From the sequence record DRR723986_4729: 46,502 nt of DNA; one strand, 5' to 3'. The notes under the pieces are model-generated. The model was given only the letters and a program-made list of their open reading frames with translations. It ran no database searches and had not been told where the DNA came from. This document shows, one piece after another, positions 19,179 to 28,862 of the stretch. The translations under genes and the position numbers were made by a program. Every line of letters starts with the position of its first letter. Within the stretch, counting starts at the first letter, position 1.

Positions 19179-20549
19179 TTAGCCCAAATAGACAGTTTTC
19201 GAATTAACGAACTCTAAAATCCCATATCTGCTCAATTCTCGCCCATATCCAGATTTTTTTATCCCACCAAATGGTAGGTGCGGATTGGAAGCTACCATGG
19301 CATTAATAAAGACCGCACCGCTTTCGATTTTTGAGGCTAATTGTTCTGCTTTTTTCTTGTTCTCAGACCAAATGGACCCGCCTAATCCAAATTCTGAATC
19401 ATTGGCTATGGCGATTGCGTCTTCTTCATTTTTGACTTTGAAAATAGTAGCTACAGGTCCAAAAAGCTCCTCTGAATAGGCGGGAGCTGAAGTAGGTATG
19501 TCTGTTAAAATTGCCGGTTGAAATACAGCTGAATTTTCTTCCGGTGCTTCTCCTCCGTAAATGAGTTTAGCGCCGGCTTTTACAGATTTGTCTAGTTGAG
19601 TATATAGTTCTTTTGCTAAATCTGGTCTAGCCATACATGCGAAATCTGACTCTTCATTCATAGGATCCCCTTGTTTCAGTTGGCTGAAGTGCTCAACGAA
19701 ATGAGCTAAAAACTCCTCGTAGACATCTTCCTCCACGATAAATCGCTTAGCCGCAATGCAGCTTTGTCCGAAATTTATCATTCTTGCTTTTACAGCTGTT
19801 TCTGCTGCTTTCTTAATATTAGCGTCTTTCAAAACTATGAATGGATCGCTTCCACCTAATTCAAGCAAAGATTTTTTGATATGTTTTCCAGCTGTAGATG
19901 CGACAGATGCGCCAGCTTTTTCACTTCCCGTAAGGGTGACTGCTTTTATGCGTGCGTCCTCAATAAGGTTGGTGGTCGCCTTGGAGTCTATCAAGAGGCT
20001 TTGGAAAGCACCTTCAGGAAAACCTGCCTCCGTAAAAACTCCCTCAATTGCCAAAGCGCATTGTGGGACATTGGAAGCATGTTTCAAAACGCCGACATTA
20101 CCAGCCATCAATGTTGGGGCTGCAAAACGGAATACCTGCCAGAAAGGAAAATTCCATGGCATTACTGCCAAGACTATCCCAAGCGGCTGATGTATGACTT
20201 TAGCTCTCGCGCCGTCAGGCAATTCGATTGGTTCTTCTTTCAAGAACTCAGCCGCATTTTCGGCATAATAATTACATGCCAAAGCGCATTTATCAACTTC
20301 TGCTAAAGACTCTTTGAGAACTTTTCCCATTTCTAAGGAAATGATTTTAGCATATTTCTCACGGTTATCTTTCAATACCTTTGCCGCATTGCCCATCAAT
20401 TCGGTCCTTTTTGAGAAACTAGTATCCTTCCAACTTGAGAATGCCATGGATCCTGCACTTAGTTTGGCTTCAAGTTCCTCTTCAGTGTGGGGTTGGAATT
20501 CTGCTAATACTTCGTTTGTGTAGGGGTTAATTGATTTGATCAGTGTCAT
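19179..20549 (-). CDS. NAD(P)-dependent succinate-semialdehyde dehydrogenase family ALDH
   Basis: MPWNFP, LTGSE, LELGGSDP, GQSCIA, EELFGPV, SGYGRE. Confidence 0.92.
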   Translation of the reverse strand: MTLIKSINPYTNEVLAEFQPHTEEELEAKLSAGSMAFSSWKDTSFSKRTELMGNAAKVLKDNREKYAKIISLEMGKVLKESLAEVDKCALACNYYAENAAEFLKEEPIELPDGARAKVIHQPLGIVLAVMPWNFPFWQVFRFAAPTLMAGNVGVLKHASNVPQCALAIEGVFTEAGFPEGAFQSLLIDSKATTNLIEDARIKAVTLTGSEKAGASVASTAGKHIKKSLLELGGSDPFIVLKDANIKKAAETAVKARMINFGQSCIAAKRFIVEEDVYEEFLAHFVEHFSQLKQGDPMNEESDFACMARPDLAKELYTQLDKSVKAGAKLIYGGEAPEENSAVFQPAILTDIPTSAPAYSEELFGPVATIFKVKNEEDAIAIANDSEFGLGGSIWSENKKKAEQLASKIESGAVFINAMVASNPHLPFGGIKKSGYGRELSRYGILEFVNSKTVYLG

Positions 20550-20944
20550 TTTTCTATAGTTTTTCCTGCTTCACGCCAAGCATCTATTCCTCCATCCAAT
20601 GAATATAAATGAGTGAATCCTGCAACCTTCATGATACTCGCTGCATTTTCTGACCGGACTCCTGCTTTGCAGTAGACCAAGTAGGTGTGTTTCTTATCTA
20701 GCTTAGCAATCTCGCTTTTGAAATTTTCGTTTTTAATGTCAATAGTAATAGCACCTGGAATTTTTCCTTCAGCTATTTCTTCGGGTGTTCGTACGTCAAT
20801 CACTCTTACTGCTCCCTTGTTTTTCATTAGCTCTTCAAATTGAGCTGGCTTAAGGGTTTTTACTTCAGATGTTTGAGCTTGCGCAAAGTCTATTTTTACT
20901 AGGACGATGGCAATTGCCAGGAAAAGAATTTTTTGAAGTTTCAT
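20546..20944 (-). CDS. Exported rhodanese-like domain protein
   Basis: Signal peptide; IDVRTPEE, YCKAGVRS, LDGGIDAW. Confidence 0.9.
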   Translation of the reverse strand: MKLQKILFLAIAIVLVKIDFAQAQTSEVKTLKPAQFEELMKNKGAVRVIDVRTPEEIAEGKIPGAITIDIKNENFKSEIAKLDKKHTYLVYCKAGVRSENAASIMKVAGFTHLYSLDGGIDAWREAGKTIEK

Positions 20945-21012
20945 GGTCGAGAGTTTGATGTGAGAGTTTGCTATTCCATATTGAAATGAAAATTTAGCAA
21001 GATTAAAATCAA

Positions 21013-21522
21013 ATGCCTACCAAGATCGCTCTCATATCCGATTCCCACAGTTTTATAGACCACAAAACGCTCACCTATTTGGATGAAGTTGATGAAATTT
21101 GGCATGCTGGAGATATTGGAAGTGAGGATGTGATGAAAGCATTGCCTACAGGAAAGCCTGTGAGGGCTGTTTTTGGAAATATAGATGACAGTTCTATTCA
21201 GCAGACTTATCCAGAATGGCAGGAATTTATACTAGAAGGAGTGAAGGTGCTGATGACCCATATCGGGGGTAAACCTCCCCGCTACGCAACTGGCATCAAG
21301 GCAAGAATCAAAGAATCTTCACCTCAACTATTCATTTGTGGGCATTCGCATATTTGTAAGGTTGAATTTGATAAGACAGTGAATTGTCTCTACATGAATC
21401 CAGGAGCTATAGGTCAGCATGGCTTTCATGTGATGCGGACAATGTTGTTATTTGACTTGGAGGCCGGGCAAGTCAAAAATCTCCGAGTGGTGGAATTGGG
21501 GAAGAGGGGGAAGGTTTTGTGA
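21013..21522 (+). CDS. YfcE-like metallophosphoesterase
   Basis: SDSH, HAGDIG, FGNID, GHSH, NPGA. Confidence 0.92.
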   Translation: MPTKIALISDSHSFIDHKTLTYLDEVDEIWHAGDIGSEDVMKALPTGKPVRAVFGNIDDSSIQQTYPEWQEFILEGVKVLMTHIGGKPPRYATGIKARIKESSPQLFICGHSHICKVEFDKTVNCLYMNPGAIGQHGFHVMRTMLLFDLEAGQVKNLRVVELGKRGKVL

Positions 21523-21670
21523 GTTGTGACTAGTGTTAGAGGCAAGAAGTGAAATATATTAGGTCGATAGTTCTAAGGAATCAGTCACGGTAAGCAGTTG
21601 GAGAGATCTTCTATTTTGAAGATACTTCTATTGTCTTAAGTCTTGCATCTAAAGTCTCAAAAAAGAACAT

Positions 21671-21697
21671 AAAAAAAGGCGATCAAATGACCGCCTT
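21671..21697 (-). terminator. Intrinsic terminator of small basic ORF
   Basis: Minus strand AAGGCGGTCA-tt-TGATCGCCTTTTTTT. Confidence 0.8.
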
Positions 21698-21720
21698 AAA
21701 TGTTTTTTCAGAAATAATAC

Positions 21721-21864
21721 TTATTTCGTGAAAGACTTCTTAAGCTCTTCAACGTCCACGTTTCTGATTACAGGCTGAGCAGACAATTGCTTGATCTTAA
21801 TCACACGTGTGGTCTGAGATTGTCTTTTTCTTTTAAGTTTTCTCTTCAGTGTAGTAACTGCCAT
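21721..21864 (-). CDS. Small basic protein (47 aa), not in ORF track
   Basis: MAVTTLKRKLKRKRQSQTTRVIKIKQLSAQPVIRNVDVEELKKSFTK*; flanked by its own -7 box and terminator. Confidence 0.82.
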   Translation of the reverse strand: MAVTTLKRKLKRKRQSQTTRVIKIKQLSAQPVIRNVDVEELKKSFTK

Positions 21865-21903
21865 GGTCGTATATTTTTAATAGTATTGTTTCGAAACGAG
21901 TCG

Positions 21904-21911
21904 CAAAAGTA
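21904..21911 (-). promoter_or_regulatory. Bacteroidota -7 promoter box for small basic ORF
   Basis: TACTTTTG on minus strand, about 40 nt upstream of ATG. Confidence 0.7.
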
Positions 21912-22029
21912 AACAAACATTTCTTTTCTGCCTAAAATAATTTAGGATTTAATTCTTTGACTTTCACGATATCAAGGAGCGTTTCCTTTTTTTTGAATAA
22001 ATTTGGCAGCTAATCACCAAAAACAAGCT

Positions 22030-23394
22030 ATGCAAAAGCCGAGTCTGCCAAAAGGAACCAGAGATTTTGGAACCATCCAGATGGCCAGAAGAAATTATAT
22101 TCTAGATTCCATTAAGAGTACGTTTCAACTTTTTGGCTACAATCAGATCGAAACTCCTGCTATGGAGAACCTCAGTACGCTGACTGGAAAATATGGAGAT
22201 GAGGGAGATCAGTTATTGTTTAAAATCCTTAACAGCGGAGATTACCTCAAGAATGTGCAGGAGGCTGATCTTCATGCTGGATTTAAGAATACTTTACCGA
22301 AGGTTTCTGAGAAAGGACTTCGTTATGACTTGACGGTGCCTTTTGCCCGCTTTGTGGTGATGAATAGGAATGAGCTGACTTTTCCTTTCAAGCGTTTTCA
22401 GATTCAGCCAGTTTGGCGAGCAGATCGTCCTCAGAAAGGAAGATACCGAGAATTCTATCAATGTGACGCAGATGTGGTAGGGACGGATAGTTTGCTGTGC
22501 GAAGCAGAAATAATTCTGATGATCCGTTCGGTTTTTGAGAAACTGAAACTGAGCGATTACAGCATCAAGCTGAACAACAGAAAAATACTCACAGGCATCT
22601 CTGAAGCAATCGGGGAAGCAGGCAAGGAAGCACCGCTTTGCGTGGCGATAGATAAGCTGGATAAAATTGGCTGGGAAAAAGTCAAAGAGGAATTAACTGA
22701 GCGAGGTTTTGCTGCTGATTCTATAGAGAAATTGACTCCGCTTGTGCAATTGGATGCTGATCAGACCGGTAAGTTAGCGTTTCTTAAAGAGTTCTTGGCT
22801 GACAGTGAGATAGGTATTCAGGGAGTTAGCGAATTGGAAGAAGTGTTCCAAGTCTTGGGAGAGATGGGTGAAAGTCTAGATTTTGTGGATTTAGATATCA
22901 TGCTTGCTCGAGGGCTTTCTTATTATACAGGTGCAATTTTCGAGGTTAAAGTAAACCATGTGTCCATCGGATCCGTCAGTGGAGGTGGTCGATATGATAA
23001 TCTGACTGAGAACTTCGGATTGAAGGAGAAAATGTCTGGAGTTGGTTTTTCTTTTGGTGTAGATCGTCTGTACGATGTGCTGGAGGAATTGAGCTTGTTT
23101 CCAGAGGACAGTCTTCAGAGCACCAAAGTTTTGTTGACGCACTTTGACCAAAAAGCATTTGTTTATGCGTTAGGCTTGTTGAAGAAATTCAGAGCTGCGG
23201 GAATCAAAGCAGAGCTATATCCAGATGTCACAAAAATGAAAAAGCAACTTGATTTTGCTTCGAAAAAGTCAATTCCATTTGTTGGAATCTGTGGGGATTC
23301 GGAGATTGAAAGCAGTCAAATTGCTTTGAAAAACCTGGAAACAGGAATTCAAGAATCTGTAAGTTTAGAAGAAGCTATAGAGCGATTAAAGTAA
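22030..23394 (+). CDS. hisS: Histidine--tRNA ligase
   Basis: PKGTRDF, LRYDLTVP, RYREFYQCDAD, RGLSYYTG, GGGRYD; ATG at 22030 preferred over TTG at 22003. Confidence 0.97.
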   Translation: MQKPSLPKGTRDFGTIQMARRNYILDSIKSTFQLFGYNQIETPAMENLSTLTGKYGDEGDQLLFKILNSGDYLKNVQEADLHAGFKNTLPKVSEKGLRYDLTVPFARFVVMNRNELTFPFKRFQIQPVWRADRPQKGRYREFYQCDADVVGTDSLLCEAEIILMIRSVFEKLKLSDYSIKLNNRKILTGISEAIGEAGKEAPLCVAIDKLDKIGWEKVKEELTERGFAADSIEKLTPLVQLDADQTGKLAFLKEFLADSEIGIQGVSELEEVFQVLGEMGESLDFVDLDIMLARGLSYYTGAIFEVKVNHVSIGSVSGGGRYDNLTENFGLKEKMSGVGFSFGVDRLYDVLEELSLFPEDSLQSTKVLLTHFDQKAFVYALGLLKKFRAAGIKAELYPDVTKMKKQLDFASKKSIPFVGICGDSEIESSQIALKNLETGIQESVSLEEAIERLK

Positions 23395-23436
23395 AATTTA
23401 ACTCACAATTGGTGGGTATAACTTAATTAAGAACAT

Positions 23437-23772
23437 ATGTTTGATATAATGGGCATGATGGGCAAAGTGAAAGAAGCCCAAGCAAAAATCAAAGAAACTC
23501 AAGCTAAGCTTGTTCACCTTACATCAACTGGTGAATCTGGTGCTGGTATGGTGAAAGTCACTGTGAATGGTGATAGAAAAGTAGTAAGTATTGACTTTGA
23601 TGATTCATTGATCTCATCTAAGGACAAGGAAATGCTGAGCGATCTGATTGTCGCGGCTACGAATATAGCGATGACCTCTATTGATGTGAAAATCAAAGCT
23701 GAGATGAAAGCAGCCACCGAAGGAATGATGCCTAATATTCCTGGAATGGATCTAGGCAGTATGTTTGGATGA
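23437..23772 (+). CDS. YbaB/EbfC nucleoid-associated protein
   Basis: GESGAGMVKVTVNG, EMLSDLIVAATN. Confidence 0.93.
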   Translation: MFDIMGMMGKVKEAQAKIKETQAKLVHLTSTGESGAGMVKVTVNGDRKVVSIDFDDSLISSKDKEMLSDLIVAATNIAMTSIDVKIKAEMKAATEGMMPNIPGMDLGSMFG

Positions 23773-24776
23773 AAACCTGTGCCATCGTCATACTGAATTA
23801 CAATGGGGAAGAAATGCTAAAGACATTTCTTCCTTCAGTTTGTATGCATAGTATTTATGACGTTTGGGTGATAGACAATGCAAGTACTGACGACTCCATA
23901 GATTTTTTAGACGTTAACTTCCCTCAGATCAAGCAAATCAAACTTGAGGAAAATTTTGGTTACGCGGGAGGATATAATGCCGGTTTGGCTACGATTAGGG
24001 GACAGTATGAATTTTACATTCTGTTGAATTCCGATGTGGAAGTAAGCTCTGATTGGGATTATACTATGGTCACTTGGATGAAGGCTCATCAGGACTACGC
24101 AGCACTCCAACCAAAAATTCTCTCATGGAAGGAGAGAGATGTGTTTGACTATGCCGGTGCCGGTGGAGGGTTTTTGGATCGCTATGGTTACCCTTACTGT
24201 CGAGGTAGAATATGGGAAACTATAGAAAAAGATTCTGGTAAATACGATGACATAATTGATGTGGATTGGGCCTCAGGAGCCTGTATGGTAGTTAATGCCT
24301 CATTATTCCACGATTTGTCTGGATTTGATTCAGATTTTTTTGCGCATATGGAGGAAATAGATCTTTGTTGGAGAATGCGAAGATCAGGCTGGAAGATTGG
24401 CTATTACGGACCAGTGGCAGTCTATCATTTAGGAGGAGCCACGCTTGACAGAGCAAGTCCGAAGAAATTATACCTGAATATTAGAAATAGTCTGAGTATG
24501 ATTTATAAGAATGAGAGCTCATCAAGATTCCTCAAAATTTTTATGGTCAAGTCTTTGTTAGAGCATCTTGCTGCAATTAGTTACATGAGCCAAGGCAGAA
24601 AAGAATTTGCGAAAGCAGTTTTGAATGCTTACAAACACTTTGGAGATAAAAAGAAAGCAATAAATAAATTCCATACTACCATGGAAGGAAGAAAGGAAAT
24701 ACCAAGAAGGGGGAATGTAGGTCTGATCTTTTGGAACTGGAAAGTTCTAGGGAAAAAGACCTTTGATCAACTTTAA
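23769..24776 (+). CDS. Glycosyltransferase family 2
   Basis: VILNYNG, DNASTD, LLNSD, WASGAC, EEIDLCWR. Confidence 0.93.
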   Translation: MKTCAIVILNYNGEEMLKTFLPSVCMHSIYDVWVIDNASTDDSIDFLDVNFPQIKQIKLEENFGYAGGYNAGLATIRGQYEFYILLNSDVEVSSDWDYTMVTWMKAHQDYAALQPKILSWKERDVFDYAGAGGGFLDRYGYPYCRGRIWETIEKDSGKYDDIIDVDWASGACMVVNASLFHDLSGFDSDFFAHMEEIDLCWRMRRSGWKIGYYGPVAVYHLGGATLDRASPKKLYLNIRNSLSMIYKNESSSRFLKIFMVKSLLEHLAAISYMSQGRKEFAKAVLNAYKHFGDKKKAINKFHTTMEGRKEIPRRGNVGLIFWNWKVLGKKTFDQL

Positions 24777-24991
24777 TCGAAAAGAACTGGATTGTTCTTT
24801 TTCCTGAAAAACTTTCTGATTTTCATAGTCATGGCCATACTTACGTAAAGAATAACCGGTGAGCCCATTGTGACAAATGAGGCATAAATGAAGAATAAAC
24901 GAATACTGTCAATAGGAAAATTGAGTTTTTCACCCAAGCGTGAGCATACCCCAAAGGCTCTTTCTTCGAAAAATATTTTCAGCTTTTCCAT
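24773..24991 (-). CDS. PspC domain protein
   Basis: FGVCSRLGE...IRLFFIY..F...GSP.ILY. Confidence 0.8.
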   Translation of the reverse strand: MEKLKIFFEERAFGVCSRLGEKLNFPIDSIRLFFIYASFVTMGSPVILYVSMAMTMKIRKFFRKKNNPVLFD

Positions 24992-25052
24992 GGTTATAGA
25001 TGATTTCGTTGCGGTAAATTTAGAAAAAAGTCTGGTGAATTAATAAATAAGA

Positions 25053-26855
25053 ATGTTAGACCTATTGTTTAAGAAAAAGCCTGTTTTGTTATTATTTGTT
25101 TTATTCCCAATACTTTGCGGTTCAATAATTATGCCCGAAACTGACTTTTTGGAAGATTCGAAAGTGGTCCCGGGTAAGTTGGAGTTTATCAGAGATTCTG
25201 TGAGATTCGAAGTGACAGGTACAATTCCAATTGAATCTGCCCTTAGCCCCAAAAATCCTAAAATTAATGTTCTTCTCAAATCTTCGGAAAACTCCCTGCT
25301 TTTTGAAGCACTTGAGTTGACCAAAAATGTAGGGGACTACTCTTATAATCAATCCTTTACTTTAGCCTATGAGCCTTGGATGGAAGGAGCTTTTCTGGAA
25401 ATTCAGTTTTTTCAAGGGAAAAAAGCGCTTGATGAACCGTATCAGAAGAAGGTTTTGGCGCGGGGAGTAATAACAACGCCATTACTGGCGAAAGTAGGGA
25501 AGGTGAATTACGATGAACCTATTCCTCAGGTAGGGCTTTTTATATCGACAGGAATCATGGATACAGATCTGTCACGGTCCAAAGAGTTTTTAATCAAATT
25601 CGATGCTGGGTCTTCCACTATCAAAATGAATAGTGCAAACTTGCAAGCAATCGCCGATTTGAAGACTTTCCTCACTGAGAACTCGTCAGTTTTATCATTT
25701 AAAATCACTGGCGTGCAATCTCCTGAAACTGCAGAAGGTAGTAGCAGTAAGCTAGGGATGGATAGAGCAGAGGCAGTAAATAGATTGCTAAAAGAATCTA
25801 ATATTTCGATAAGAGATAGCCTTTTAGAAGTGTCTTCGAGATGGAATGACTGGTTCGATTTTCGTTTGCTGCTCCGTGAGTATGAAAAAATTTCTACACA
25901 GCGTAAGGATCAGTACTATGCAGTATTGTTAAATGAATTGGATTATCAGACTCAATCTCAGGCATTAAGAAAAATATCAGGTTTTAATCAAGTGGCAAGT
26001 GATTTATTTCCAAATCTGAGAGTTGCAAAAATTGAAGTAGTAGCTAAACCTCTTCCGGGGCTTAATCAGGCTCAGTCTATGATTCTCCAAAAAGCACTAG
26101 AGCAAAGTAATGGGAATTTTGAGCTTGATATGGCTGATTGGGCTATTGCCGGAGAAACTACCCCTAGGTTGGAAGACAAGGCTAAGATCTACAGTAAGAT
26201 GACGGAATTGTTTCGGTCTGTGATTCCGTATAATAATTTGGCAGTAGTAAAGATGCGCTTGGCACAGCGAACCCTGGATCAGGAGGCGAAAGATGCGCTG
26301 TGGAAAGAAGCAAATGAGCTTTTGTACCAAGCTGCCAAAATTGACACCAATCCCTATGTGCTACATAATCAAGGGCAGATCATGGTCCTGCAGGGCAAAA
26401 CTTGGGAGGCGTATAAGAAACTTTCGGATGCTTCAGTACTCACTCGGAATGATGATTTCCTCAGGTACAATGAAAGCTTGAGAGGTGCATTGGATATTTT
26501 GAGAGGTGATTATAAGTTGGCCACACTTCGTTTTAATTACAACTATACCGAGCCTAAGGATTTTTTCAACAAGGGATTGGCCTATTATCTTGCAAAGGAT
26601 TTTGCGAATGCTAGTCTGTCTTTTGAGGAGTCTGTTATGGCTGGGAGAAACTATGGCTATGGTTTTTATGGGCTGGCTATGATAGCAGCCGAAAGTGGCC
26701 AAGCAGAAGTAGCACTTCTGCAGTTGGACAGAGCGATCCATTCCAGTGAATTGCTTTATCAAAAAGCTCTGGTAGATCCGATTTTTGAAGAAATCCGATC
26801 TACTGACGAGTTCTTTCAGATTTTTAGACCTGCTGCAAGCAAAAAAGAAAATTAA
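25053..26855 (+). CDS. Exported TPR-repeat protein with OmpA-like central region
   Basis: N-terminal hydrophobic segment; SPE...LGMDRAEAV OmpA-like stretch; C-terminal TPR motifs (YNNLA, HNQG, FNKGLAYY, YGLA). Confidence 0.75.
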   Translation: MLDLLFKKKPVLLLFVLFPILCGSIIMPETDFLEDSKVVPGKLEFIRDSVRFEVTGTIPIESALSPKNPKINVLLKSSENSLLFEALELTKNVGDYSYNQSFTLAYEPWMEGAFLEIQFFQGKKALDEPYQKKVLARGVITTPLLAKVGKVNYDEPIPQVGLFISTGIMDTDLSRSKEFLIKFDAGSSTIKMNSANLQAIADLKTFLTENSSVLSFKITGVQSPETAEGSSSKLGMDRAEAVNRLLKESNISIRDSLLEVSSRWNDWFDFRLLLREYEKISTQRKDQYYAVLLNELDYQTQSQALRKISGFNQVASDLFPNLRVAKIEVVAKPLPGLNQAQSMILQKALEQSNGNFELDMADWAIAGETTPRLEDKAKIYSKMTELFRSVIPYNNLAVVKMRLAQRTLDQEAKDALWKEANELLYQAAKIDTNPYVLHNQGQIMVLQGKTWEAYKKLSDASVLTRNDDFLRYNESLRGALDILRGDYKLATLRFNYNYTEPKDFFNKGLAYYLAKDFANASLSFEESVMAGRNYGYGFYGLAMIAAESGQAEVALLQLDRAIHSSELLYQKALVDPIFEEIRSTDEFFQIFRPAASKKEN

Positions 26856-26937
26856 AGGTTAATCTAGATTAGGAAGAAATATTCTTTTGCCCTGACAAAG
26901 AAAATGTTAAGTAATTAAGGAGGCTGCTATGGACTAA

Positions 26938-27699
26938 TTATTCGTAAAGGTTTCCAGCTTTTGCTTGGCAGATATCTACCATAAGTTGAGCCACTTTATC
27001 AGTCACGTCCTCAAGGTATTTTTTGCCCTTTTCTGGTGAGGATTTTTTCGGATTACCAATTCCTGTATCTTCGGTGACTTCTGACCATTTCCGCTCAGCC
27101 CAAGCCCATTTCTCTTTTATTCCTTGAATTTTAGATTTTTTTTCCGCCCCATCTCCCGCTTGATCTAGCGGTAAAACCAACTCTGGATGTAGATGCATGA
27201 TGATGGAAGTTTCCATTTCATCAGCATGGTCTCCCGCTTCTTCAAAGTATTTCGTTTTGTCCAGAGCCTGAAACCAATTACAGGTGAAAAGCATCATGTC
27301 AGGAAACTGCAGTCCCAGCTCACGAAGCATGGTTTTGAAATCATTTCCTCCATGGCTGTTTAGGATTAATAGCTTCTTGGTTCCCTGACGATCCAGCACA
27401 GTGATAATGTCTTTAAGAATTAATAGCTGCGTACTAGGGTTTAGGTTGATGTCCAGGTAGATGTCTGATTGCCCAGTGTTTACTCCAAATGGGATAGTAG
27501 GCATAATTGTGACATTGGCTCCTTTTTCCCATGCTTTTCTTCCAGCTTCACTGGCTACAGCATCTGCTTCATAGACATCCGTACCATAGGGCATATGATA
27601 ATTATGCGCTTCAGTTGCTCCCCAAGGCAACACAGCCAATTCAAAACGATGATCTTTTAGTGTTTTCCAGTTTGATTCAGCTAGTAGGTAGGGTTTCAT
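26938..27699 (-). CDS. Creatininase family protein
   Basis: GATEAHNYHMPYGTD, NSHGGN, HADEMETS. Confidence 0.92.
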   Translation of the reverse strand: MKPYLLAESNWKTLKDHRFELAVLPWGATEAHNYHMPYGTDVYEADAVASEAGRKAWEKGANVTIMPTIPFGVNTGQSDIYLDINLNPSTQLLILKDIITVLDRQGTKKLLILNSHGGNDFKTMLRELGLQFPDMMLFTCNWFQALDKTKYFEEAGDHADEMETSIIMHLHPELVLPLDQAGDGAEKKSKIQGIKEKWAWAERKWSEVTEDTGIGNPKKSSPEKGKKYLEDVTDKVAQLMVDICQAKAGNLYE

Positions 27700-27872
27700 A
27701 TGTATTAGATTACTTGAGGTTGGTATAATGGAGATAATTTGATCAGTGATATTCTCGTTTTCAGTTGCCTTGGACGGCTTATTTCATCAACGGATTTTAA
27801 ATGAAGTGAAGGATGGTTAGCCTAATTAGCTCCAATTTTAATAATTTGAGGCCTGATTCTAAATTAACGCGA

Positions 27873-28862
27873 ATGTCACAAAGAAGAAAATTTATCAAGC
27901 AATCCCTAATGGGCTCTGCCTTATTTATACCTGGAGTATCATCTATAGCGGAAGCAACAGCTCCTTCGCTTTTCAAAGGAGAAAAGCCCCTAATCCTCTC
28001 TACCTGGAATCATGGATTGCCAGCAAATGCTGCCGCGGTTGAAAAATTGAAGTCAGGAGGAAGTATTATTGATGCGGTTGAAACTGGGGTAAAGGATACG
28101 GAATTAGATTTAAGTAACCTTTCAGTAGGCTTGCAAGGCTTACCAGACCGGGAGGGGATTACCACTCTTGATGCTTCAATTATGTCTGGTGATGGCTCCT
28201 GTGGAGCTGTGGCTTTCGTGAGACAAGTGAAGCATCCGATTTCACTGGCGCGAGTGGTGATGGAAAAAACTCCTCATGTAATGATAGTAGGAGAGGGTGC
28301 CAAGCAGTTGGCTATTGCTGAAGGCTTTCCTATAGAGAAAGAGGAATTGAGCCCCGGCGCAAAAAAAGCCTACCTTAAATGGAAGGAAACTAGCCAATAC
28401 AAGCCTGTGATCAATATTGAAAACCACGATACTATCGGAATGATTGGTATGGATGCGAAAGGAAATCTTGCAGGAAGTTGTACTACGAGTGGGCTTTCCT
28501 ACAAAATGCATGGAAGAGTGGGGGACAGCCCGATAATTGGGGCTGGATTATTTGTAGATAATGAAGTAGGAGCAGCTACTGCAACAGGACTTGGCGAATC
28601 GATTATTAGGATTTGCGGAAGCTTTTTGATCGTTGAGTTAATGCGTCAGGGACGCACTCCTCAGGAAGCGTGTGAAGAAGCAGTTAGACGTTTGATTGCA
28701 AAAAACAGCAAGGATATTAAAGATATACAAGCTGGATTCCTAGCTATGAATAAAGATGGAGAAGTAGGGGCTTATGCCGTTCATCCAGGTTTCAACTTTG
28801 CACAAGCGACGCTGCAAAACAATGTAATGATTGACTCGGGTTCTCATTTCAAAAAAGGATGA
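27873..28862 (+). CDS. N(4)-(beta-N-acetylglucosaminyl)-L-asparaginase (Ntn hydrolase), Tat-exported
   Basis: Tat motif QRRKFIK; HDTIG autocleavage site; GRVGDSPIIG; ATG at 27873 preferred. Confidence 0.9.
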   Translation: MSQRRKFIKQSLMGSALFIPGVSSIAEATAPSLFKGEKPLILSTWNHGLPANAAAVEKLKSGGSIIDAVETGVKDTELDLSNLSVGLQGLPDREGITTLDASIMSGDGSCGAVAFVRQVKHPISLARVVMEKTPHVMIVGEGAKQLAIAEGFPIEKEELSPGAKKAYLKWKETSQYKPVINIENHDTIGMIGMDAKGNLAGSCTTSGLSYKMHGRVGDSPIIGAGLFVDNEVGAATATGLGESIIRICGSFLIVELMRQGRTPQEACEEAVRRLIAKNSKDIKDIQAGFLAMNKDGEVGAYAVHPGFNFAQATLQNNVMIDSGSHFKKG

